36,910 bases of DNA, taken from contig JAIRTZ010000103.1 in assembly GCA_031254685.1 (NCBI GenBank), positions 1 through 36,910 on the forward strand, read 5' to 3'. The position numbers and the translations under genes were made by a program. Positions 15,677 to 23,245 of this stretch are shown here, piece by piece. The notes under the pieces are model-generated. The model searched no databases. It saw only the letters and a program-made list of their open reading frames with translations, and was not told the DNA's origin. Source of the DNA: Methanomassiliicoccaceae archaeon. GTDB taxonomy: Archaea; Thermoplasmatota; Thermoplasmata; Methanomassiliicoccales; Methanomethylophilaceae. Numbering within the stretch: the first letter of the stretch is position 1; every line of letters begins with the position of its first letter.

Positions 15677-18217
15677 ATGAAGATCCATACAGTGCTTATC
15701 ATACTGCTGGTGGCCGCTTTGCCGCTGGCCGCCGCTGTCATCGGGGAGAGCGCGTCAGGCGCCGGAAAGATACCCGGGCTCGCGGGGAACGGGACGGGCG
15801 CAGACCCGTATCTGATATCCTCGGCGGCCGACCTGCGGACCATGTCCGCGTCGTACCAGAACCACAGCGGCGCGACCTACAGACAGACCGCCGACATTGT
15901 TTTCAGCGACACGGCCTTCCCGGGGGACAAGGCATACGTGCTGACATCCGTCTCCGGCGGAAAGGTGAAGGGCACCATAACCGTGAATGCCAAAACGGTG
16001 AGCACGGCCACGTCTGTGAAACTGTATCTGAACGGAAATCCGGTGGCCGTGAAGATTCAGGGCAAACTTGTAGAATTCGAAGTTGATACTGGAACGCTGA
16101 AGGACTCCAACTCTCTCGCCGCGACCGGGACCATCGAAGGGAACAGCTTCGGGATCGCCGTGAACTTTTCAAAGGCCGCCGCTGCCGATATGTCCGTATC
16201 CGCCCCGATAAGGGGGAACTTCACGCCGATAGGTACGAATGACGTACCGTTCGTCGGCACCTATGACGGCAACGGACGTTCCATTACCGGTATAAAGGTC
16301 GTCTCAACGGGTCCCGACGACGCCTGCACCGGTCTTTTCGGCAAGACCGGGAGCGGAACGATATACGATGTCACGATATTATCGAAAAATGACAACGCAT
16401 CATATTTTCTCACGAACGCCGTCAGCAAGAATTCTTACCAGTACGTGACCTCGCCGCCCCAGACGCTCGCATCCTACACCGGCAGCATCGTCGGCTGCGC
16501 GGCTCCCGGCACATCGGTGATCGCATGCCGGAACGAGGCCACGGTGCTCTCGGAAACGGAATTAGCTAAATATTACCTCTTCACCGGCATGTCCGGATTC
16601 CTGAACATCACCCGTAATTTTAATTTTGAAGCGGCATCGTACACCGGCGGGATAGCCGGATACGGGACCGGATACATGTACAGATGCGAAAATACCGGCA
16701 ATGTGATATCCTCGCTGAATTCGTCGTTCACATACAACGTTTCCAACGATCCGTTCGACGCGTCCAACAAATACAAATGCACATTCAATATCTCCGCGTG
16801 CAACTATGCCGGAGGGCTCCTCGGATACACGGAGACCGCGGACGTCTCCTCCTCCGGGAATACCGGCCTTGTGTCCGCGCTCAGCAGCTATTTCGTAAAG
16901 ATCGATCACACCCAATATCTGGACAACATCACCGCAACCCTGAACGAAACGTTCGTCACCTCCTCCGGCGGCATCGTCGGCTCGGCGCAGAAGGGCATTA
17001 TCTCAGATGTGTACAACTACGGGGCGGTTGCCGCCGATTGCGACTTTACGCACAGGACGCTGAAGACGATAGCGGAGAAGGATGTTCAGTCATTCACGTT
17101 CGACCTGTCCGCCGGGGGAATAGCGGGCAGGCTCGGGAACATCGAGATAAAGAGGGCGTACAACAGGGCCTCCGTCACCGCGGGCGGGACGGTCACTGCG
17201 ACACTCAACAGCATACAGAATGCCGGCGGGGTGCGTTATGCAGGCCAGATCGTCGGAATGGCGAAGAGCGACCCCGTAACCCTGACCGCCTGTTATTACA
17301 CCGACATCTCGGCAGGCCTTCCGGTGACCGGGAATCGAAGCCACACGGCGACGAAGATACCGGCGTCCGAAAAATTGTCATCAGCAACATTCCCCGCATG
17401 GGATTTCAGCAAGACGTGGGCGATATCGGATAACGGGACGGTCACGGTATCCGTGCGCAACCCGCTGACGATCATAGACAGATCGGGGACGAATGAGGGT
17501 ACTGTGAGATATTCCATAGACAGTCAGCACACGTTCGACGCCGGCGGCACCCTTTCCGGCTACGTTGACAGGAAAGGCTTCGCGGTAACGCTGAAGGAGG
17601 ACTACAAAAGTTCCGTCATATCGTTGTACATCACGTCAGGGAATGACAAGATATTCCTGACGAAGGACGGCAGCGGCAGATATCAGGTGCCTCAGAGTTA
17701 CCTTGTGTTCGGCGGCCCCGTGACGGTGAACATCGACGGTCTTGTCGCCGACCCGGTACGTAACATGAAGATCGAGGACAGATCGAACACGAACGACAGC
17801 GCAATAAAATATTCGATAGACAGGACGCATACCTTCGCCTCAGGCATTCTCTCGTCGCAGATCGACAAGAGGGGCTTCGCACTTACGCTGAAGAAGGATT
17901 ACGAGGGATCGGACATACAGCTGTACGTGATGGATGCCGGGAAAAGGACGGTGCTTGCGAAGGAGGGCGGCAGATATATCGTTCCGCTGCAGCACATCAT
18001 CGCCGCGACGACCGTGACGGTGTATATCGAAGGCCTCGTCGCCGATCCGGTACGCGAGATGAAGATAATCGACACATCGGAATTTTACGACCCCGCAGGA
18101 AAATATCTGATCGAAAGGCAGCACTCGTTCGATGGCGAGGGCACTCTGACGGCGCAGGTCGACAAGTGGGGCTTCCTTGTCGCATTGAAGAAGGATTACC
18201 TGTCATCGGAGATATAG
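15677..18217 (+). CDS. GLUG-motif adhesin-like surface protein, N-terminal segment: signal peptide, beta-helix/GLUG region, repeats 1-3, up to an in-frame TAG
   Basis: SD-like AGGGGAG before the ATG. Signal peptide MKIHTVLIILLVAALPLAAAVIG. GNGTGADPYLISSAADLRTM start typical of GLUG/beta-helix adhesins. Recurring GLUG-like motifs (TGLFGKTG, YTGGIAGYG, YAGGLLGYT, SSGGIVGSA, SAGGIAGRL). The ORF ends at TAG 18215-18217 in the middle of a repeat. Confidence 0.8.
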   Translation: MKIHTVLIILLVAALPLAAAVIGESASGAGKIPGLAGNGTGADPYLISSAADLRTMSASYQNHSGATYRQTADIVFSDTAFPGDKAYVLTSVSGGKVKGTITVNAKTVSTATSVKLYLNGNPVAVKIQGKLVEFEVDTGTLKDSNSLAATGTIEGNSFGIAVNFSKAAAADMSVSAPIRGNFTPIGTNDVPFVGTYDGNGRSITGIKVVSTGPDDACTGLFGKTGSGTIYDVTILSKNDNASYFLTNAVSKNSYQYVTSPPQTLASYTGSIVGCAAPGTSVIACRNEATVLSETELAKYYLFTGMSGFLNITRNFNFEAASYTGGIAGYGTGYMYRCENTGNVISSLNSSFTYNVSNDPFDASNKYKCTFNISACNYAGGLLGYTETADVSSSGNTGLVSALSSYFVKIDHTQYLDNITATLNETFVTSSGGIVGSAQKGIISDVYNYGAVAADCDFTHRTLKTIAEKDVQSFTFDLSAGGIAGRLGNIEIKRAYNRASVTAGGTVTATLNSIQNAGGVRYAGQIVGMAKSDPVTLTACYYTDISAGLPVTGNRSHTATKIPASEKLSSATFPAWDFSKTWAISDNGTVTVSVRNPLTIIDRSGTNEGTVRYSIDSQHTFDAGGTLSGYVDRKGFAVTLKEDYKSSVISLYITSGNDKIFLTKDGSGRYQVPQSYLVFGGPVTVNIDGLVADPVRNMKIEDRSNTNDSAIKYSIDRTHTFASGILSSQIDKRGFALTLKKDYEGSDIQLYVMDAGKRTVLAKEGGRYIVPLQHIIAATTVTVYIEGLVADPVREMKIIDTSEFYDPAGKYLIERQHSFDGEGTLTAQVDKWGFLVALKKDYLSSEI

Positions 18218-19840
18218 CTGTACGTGATCGACGGCGGCAAGAAGACGGCCCTTACGAAGGAGGTCGGCAGATATATCATTCCGGTGCAGCACCTTCTGAA
18301 CTCATCGACCGTGACGGTGTACATGGACGGCCTCGTCGCCGATCCGGTCAGGGATATGGTCATCGTCGACACATCGGACACATTCGACGGTACGATCAGG
18401 TATACGATAGACAGGGCGCACATCTTCTGCGCCGGCACACTCTACGCGGATATCGACAAGACGGGATTCGTGCTTACGCTGCTCGGAGATTACGTCAGGT
18501 CCGACATTGAGATCTATGTCGCACTCGGTGACGAAAGGATATACCTCACGAAGGACGGCAGCGGAAAATACATCGTTCCGGTGGAGATCATCCTCGGCGC
18601 GGACATCGTGACGCTGAGCATCGACGGCCTCGTCGCCGACCCGCTACGCGGGATGACGATCATCGACGCATCCGGAACATACTACGGGAACGCCAAGTAT
18701 TCGATAGACAGGGAGCACTCGTTCGACGGCAGCACACTCTACGCGGATATCGACAAGACGGGATTCGCGATCACGCTGATGAGAGATTACATTAACTCGG
18801 ACATCGCGATCTATTTGCTCATCGGTGACGAAAGGACGCTCCTCGAGACCGACGGCGACGGCAGATATGTCATTCCGCTCCGGACGCTCATCGACGCGGA
18901 TAAGATCGCATTATGCATCGAAGGCCTCGTCGCCGACCCGATACGTGAGATGACAATCGCCGACCCATCGGGAATGCACTGCGGGAACGCCAAGTATTCG
19001 ATTGACAGGGAGCACTCGTTCGATACGAACGGCGTTCTGTACGCGGATATCGACAGCAAAGGATTTGCGATCGCCCTCTCGGAGGATTACAAGGGATCGG
19101 ACATCAGGATATACATGATCCTCGCTGACGGAAGGACGCTTCTCGAAACGGACGGGGACGGCAGATATATGATCCCGCTGATGACACTTCTCGACGCGGA
19201 TATCATCGCATTATGCATCGAAGGCCTCGTTGCCGACCCGGTACGGGAGATGACCATCGCCGACAGATCGGGATATTATTACGGGATTGCCAAGTATTCG
19301 ATAGACGGGCCGCACTCATTCGACAAGGACGGCCGTCTGTCCGGCATCATCGATAAGACGGGGTTCGCGATCACGCTGATGACGGATTATTCGTCATCGG
19401 ACATAGAGGTGTACATGACGGTCGGCGGCATCGCGACGGCGGTCGGGAAGGACGGCAGCGGAAAATACATCGTTCCGCTGGAGACGCTTCTCGCGTCGCC
19501 ATCGGTGACCTTATTCATCGAAGGTCTCGTTGCGGACCCGGTACGCGATCTGGTGATGATCGACGTATCCGAGGGATCCGACGGTACGGTAAGATATGCG
19601 ACAGATCTGGAACACTCATTCGATCCGGACGGGATCCTTTTCGGAAAGATCGGCAGGACGGGTTTCGCTGTCACGCCGGAGGAGGGATACAATGTCTCCG
19701 GGATCTCGATATACATGACCCTCGGGGACGGGAGGCTCTACATTGAAAAAGACGCGGAAGGCAGATATATCGTCCCTCTGGAATATATTCTCGTCGCGGA
19801 AACGGTGACATTATACATTGACGGCATCATGAAAAACATT
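17456..19840 (+). repeat. Eight tandem coding repeats of 294-303 nt (98-101 aa) in the adhesin gene
   Basis: Repeat units start at 17456, 17759, 18053, 18350, 18647, 18944, 19244 and 19544. Each begins R-x-M/L-x-I-x-D and ends (I/V)(D/E)GLVADP(V/I/L). Units 5-7 are the most similar to one another (GNAKYSIDREHSFD, LLETDGDGRY.IPL, ALCIEGLVADP.REMTIAD). Confidence 0.9.
18215..18217 (+). other. In-frame amber (TAG) codon inside repeat 3 of the adhesin gene: nonsense mutation, or read-through/pyrrolysine candidate
   Basis: Same reading frame on both sides (15677 and 18224 are both congruent to 2 mod 3). Repeat 3 reads ATA TAG CTG TAC GTG, whereas repeat 2 reads ATA CAG CTG TAC GTG at 17917-17931. 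Confidence 0.85.
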
Positions 19841-20080
19841 CCCGCCGCAGATGATAATGATGACGATAAAGATGACGATGACAAGATCGATCATAAAAAT
19901 GACGGCGGAGCGATCATCGCCGCGGACCCCGGAGGGCCCGGGATGCTGGCATTTATATGCGTATTCGTCTTTATCGCACTCGGCGCGGGGTTGACCGCGG
20001 TCAACACATTGCGCACAAGGTCGATACTGAGGCTCTGCGGCAAGGGGGATACGGATGATAAAGAGAATGAGCAAACTTGA
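18218..20080 (+). CDS. GLUG-motif adhesin-like surface protein, C-terminal continuation: rest of repeat 3, repeats 4-8, Asp-rich linker, TM anchor
   Basis: Repeat homology continues without break across the TAG. No SD or ATG lies at the ORF-track GTG start (18224). The C-terminus has AADDNDDDKDDDDK and the hydrophobic helix GMLAFICVFVFIALGAGLTAV. TGA stop. Confidence 0.75.
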   Translation: MYVIDGGKKTALTKEVGRYIIPVQHLLNSSTVTVYMDGLVADPVRDMVIVDTSDTFDGTIRYTIDRAHIFCAGTLYADIDKTGFVLTLLGDYVRSDIEIYVALGDERIYLTKDGSGKYIVPVEIILGADIVTLSIDGLVADPLRGMTIIDASGTYYGNAKYSIDREHSFDGSTLYADIDKTGFAITLMRDYINSDIAIYLLIGDERTLLETDGDGRYVIPLRTLIDADKIALCIEGLVADPIREMTIADPSGMHCGNAKYSIDREHSFDTNGVLYADIDSKGFAIALSEDYKGSDIRIYMILADGRTLLETDGDGRYMIPLMTLLDADIIALCIEGLVADPVREMTIADRSGYYYGIAKYSIDGPHSFDKDGRLSGIIDKTGFAITLMTDYSSSDIEVYMTVGGIATAVGKDGSGKYIVPLETLLASPSVTLFIEGLVADPVRDLVMIDVSEGSDGTVRYATDLEHSFDPDGILFGKIGRTGFAVTPEEGYNVSGISIYMTLGDGRLYIEKDAEGRYIVPLEYILVAETVTLYIDGIMKNIPAADDNDDDKDDDDKIDHKNDGGAIIAADPGGPGMLAFICVFVFIALGAGLTAVNTLRTRSILRLCGKGDTDDKENEQT

Positions 20081-20660
20081 CGAGTTCTGCATGCCGGAGG
20101 TCTTTGTCATCGATACCGAGACCACCGGCCTCGACGGCGCGCCCAAGGATAAGGTCGTGGATATCGCGATATGCAGGGTCACCTTGGGCGGGGACAGCGT
20201 CGACACGGTATATTCATCGATCGTCGGCCACGATACCTCGAAGTGGAACAATGAGCTCAGGCACGCGTGGATATTCGAGAACACCGACCTCACCGCGGAA
20301 ATGGTCCGCAATGCGCCGCCTGAAGCGGACGTGGTGCGCGATGTCTCGCGGATACTCAGCGGAAAGAATGTCACAAGCTTCAATTATTCCTTTGATTTCG
20401 ACAAGTTCCTGTACAGACAGCCGTGGTCCCTGCGCGATATCATCGTTCCGTTCAAATGCGTCATGATAGCGTCCAAGGACGTCTGCAGACTGCCGGGGAT
20501 GTACGAGGATTACAAATATCCGAGGCTCGACCAGGCGTACTCCATGATCGTCAAAGGAGACCCGGCGGGGATCGCCGGAAAGCAGGCGCACAGGGCGCTG
20601 TCGGATGCCGTGATGGCGTCATACATCTTACTGGAACTTTACAGAACGGGGCACTACTGA
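20067..20660 (+). CDS. DEDDh 3'-5' exonuclease (DnaQ/RNase T superfamily)
   Basis: ExoI VFVIDTETTGLDG, ExoII VTSFNYSFDFDKFL and ExoIII HRALSDAVMASYILLEL. The start is ATG 20067 (MSKLDEF) or 20055, overlapping the adhesin gene end. The 3' end overlaps the convergent ATPase gene by 7 nt. Confidence 0.8.
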   Translation: MSKLDEFCMPEVFVIDTETTGLDGAPKDKVVDIAICRVTLGGDSVDTVYSSIVGHDTSKWNNELRHAWIFENTDLTAEMVRNAPPEADVVRDVSRILSGKNVTSFNYSFDFDKFLYRQPWSLRDIIVPFKCVMIASKDVCRLPGMYEDYKYPRLDQAYSMIVKGDPAGIAGKQAHRALSDAVMASYILLELYRTGHY

Positions 20661-23245
20661 TCCTTCTTCTTGCGGATGCTCTTGAGGCGCAGCGAATACA
20701 GCCATTCGGTGAAGTTGGTGGCCTTCTCGAGTATCCCGTTCCTTAATACCCATCGCGTGACGAAGAACCATGCGACCGCCACCCCGATCGTGACCGCATA
20801 GATCGGCCAAGGCAGCGGCGGTATATCGACGAACTCAGAGAACACGGGATAGTTGAACACCCCCCAGTACGCCAGCGCAAGCAGGCCGAAGAGAAGGAAT
20901 GCGAGTATGGTCGGTTTGATGTCCTTTGCGATCCTTCCGTCAACGGAGAAGAATCTGAACCGCGGGACGACGACCGTCATCTGCGCTATCGCCACGACGA
21001 CAAGGAACAGCAGCAGCGAGTTGCGTGCGACGATCTCCGGGATGGCGTCCTCTGTGGCGTTGTTGAAACCGAACAGCGCGAGATCGCCTGATGTGAGGTC
21101 GACCCTGAATATCCCGTCGAACAGATGATGGCTCATACCGATATGGAAGAACGAGTACAGCAGCATCCCGAATATCGTTATCAGGATCGCCGTCGGTATC
21201 GCGAACCTGAGCACCTCCGGTAAGATCGAGCCCTCGACCTTCGACGGCTTCGCCCATACCACCATGAAGAACGACCCGATCGAAAGACCGATGATGGCAT
21301 AGAACGTCGCCGTTATCGGAACGAGCGGGGGCGCGTGGAACAGGATTATCGTAAGGAAGACGAGCAGGCATATCACGAAGTTCCTGGAAAGATACATCTT
21401 CAGTATGTCGCGCATCCCCGACACGGTGCGGTTGCCCTCGATCATGGCCTTCGGCAATGCCGAGAAATCATCCGACATAAGTACCATGTCGGCCACCCCG
21501 CGCGCGGCGCCGCTCCCGCTCTGCAGCGCCACACCGACGTTGGCCTCTTTCAGCGACCTCACATCGTTCACGCCGTCGCCGACCATTGCGACGTATCTCC
21601 CGCTGTCCTTCAGTGTTTTTATCACCATCTGCTTCTGATCGGGCTTCATGCGTCCGAAGATGTTCGTCTCAAGTATCCTTTCCTTCCTCGCGGGATCGCT
21701 CAGCTTATCAAGCTCATCGCCGGAAAGTATCTTCCTTTCGCCGGGGAGCCCGGCGATCATGAACAGCGAGTTCACGGCCTCGGGGTCGTCGCCCGATAAT
21801 ATCCTGATCTCCATGCCGTTGTCGATGAACTTGTTCATCGTATCCCTGCAGTCCGGTCTTACCTCATCCTCGATCGCTATAACCGCGACAGGTTCGAGAT
21901 CGGGAAGTATCGGAACGTCTCCGTCATAGAATCCGCCGCCCGCACCGGTCGCGAGGACAACGGCCCTCAGCCCGCGCGAGGAATATTCTTTCACGGCATT
22001 CTCGATGCCCTTGGTATCGGTCATATTCCTGGAGAGGACATTGAACGCCCCCATTATCAGCATCACTTCGTCATCGCCTTCGATAACGCGTACGCCGGAA
22101 TATTTGCGCTCGGGAGAGAACATTATCTCGTCAACGAGTTCCGTCTCGGTCTTTCCGTATCTGTTCGCTATCGCGTCTATCGTCTTGTTCCTGCTGCCGG
22201 TGGCGGATGCGAACACCGTCGCGTAATGTTCCGCCAGGGCCAGATCGGTCACGGGGGTGATGCTGTTGAATACCAGACGGTTCGTGGTTATCGTTCCCGT
22301 CTTGTCCATACAGACGGTGTCCACGTGGCTTATCGATTCTGTTGCGTTCGCCCTCTGCAGGAGGACGCCAGAGTCGGACATGCGCACAGCGGCGATCATA
22401 TACGCGATCACAAGCATCGGAAAGAGCCCGATGGGCACCATGTCGAGAATGACCTCGGCCATCTTGGCGCTCTCTGCGCTGTTGATGTCGACGATGCTGT
22501 GCGTCGTGAGGACGTTCCAAAGGATCATCACCGCGAGATAGACCAATGCGATGGCCATCATGAACTTGGTCACCGCGCCGGTCTCCATTTGCAAAAGGCT
22601 GAGTTTGTTGTCAAATTTCTTCGCGCTCGCAAGCATCTTCGCCGCGAACGTCCTGTCTCCGAAGACGGTCACCTGATAATATCCTTCGCCGGTGACGCAG
22701 TGAGAGCCCGAGTATATCATGTCGTCGGCCTTTTTTCTCACTGTCCGGGATTCTCCGGTCAGCAGGGATTCATCCATCTCTATGGAACGGACCTTAAGGA
22801 GGACGCCGTCGACCAGCGCCTGGTCGCCGCTCCGGAGATGGATCACGTCGTCCTTCACGATCATCGATTGATCTATCTCCTCCTCGATGCCGTTCCTGAT
22901 GACGGCCACCTTCGGCCTCATGAGCAGCGCGATCTTATCCAATCGGCGCTTCGCCCGGATCTCCTGTATCGTCGCGATCACGATGTTTATCGTTATCATC
23001 CCGACCGCCGCCAATGCGCTCGGGATCTCGTGGAAATAAAGGAGAACGGCGCCCAGCGAGAACAGTATGAGGTTGAATATCGTCAGAACATTTCTGGTGA
23101 CGATATCAAAATAGGTCCTGCTGACGACAGGCTCCACGGAATTGATCTCTTTGTTGGAGATCCTTTCGGCAACCTGGCTGTCCGTCAGTCCCTCGAATTC
23201 CATATACGTAAATCGCACACGCTTATAAAAAACGTGTGAGGTCAT
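20654..23245 (-). CDS. P-type cation-transporting ATPase (type II/III-like) with non-canonical TM4 motif PIGL
   Basis: LTGES actuator motif, phosphorylation site CMDKTGTITTN, hinge MVGDGVNDVRSLKEANVGVAL and about 10 hydrophobic helices. TM4 reads MVPIGLFP where Ca/Na,K pumps have PEGL. The start is ATG 23245 (ATGA overlap with the upstream stop) or ATG 23203 (MEFEGLTDSQV). It ends in TAG with an in-frame TAA five codons later. Confidence 0.9.
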   Translation of the reverse strand: MTSHVFYKRVRFTYMEFEGLTDSQVAERISNKEINSVEPVVSRTYFDIVTRNVLTIFNLILFSLGAVLLYFHEIPSALAAVGMITINIVIATIQEIRAKRRLDKIALLMRPKVAVIRNGIEEEIDQSMIVKDDVIHLRSGDQALVDGVLLKVRSIEMDESLLTGESRTVRKKADDMIYSGSHCVTGEGYYQVTVFGDRTFAAKMLASAKKFDNKLSLLQMETGAVTKFMMAIALVYLAVMILWNVLTTHSIVDINSAESAKMAEVILDMVPIGLFPMLVIAYMIAAVRMSDSGVLLQRANATESISHVDTVCMDKTGTITTNRLVFNSITPVTDLALAEHYATVFASATGSRNKTIDAIANRYGKTETELVDEIMFSPERKYSGVRVIEGDDEVMLIMGAFNVLSRNMTDTKGIENAVKEYSSRGLRAVVLATGAGGGFYDGDVPILPDLEPVAVIAIEDEVRPDCRDTMNKFIDNGMEIRILSGDDPEAVNSLFMIAGLPGERKILSGDELDKLSDPARKERILETNIFGRMKPDQKQMVIKTLKDSGRYVAMVGDGVNDVRSLKEANVGVALQSGSGAARGVADMVLMSDDFSALPKAMIEGNRTVSGMRDILKMYLSRNFVICLLVFLTIILFHAPPLVPITATFYAIIGLSIGSFFMVVWAKPSKVEGSILPEVLRFAIPTAILITIFGMLLYSFFHIGMSHHLFDGIFRVDLTSGDLALFGFNNATEDAIPEIVARNSLLLFLVVVAIAQMTVVVPRFRFFSVDGRIAKDIKPTILAFLLFGLLALAYWGVFNYPVFSEFVDIPPLPWPIYAVTIGVAVAWFFVTRWVLRNGILEKATNFTEWLYSLRLKSIRKKKDQ

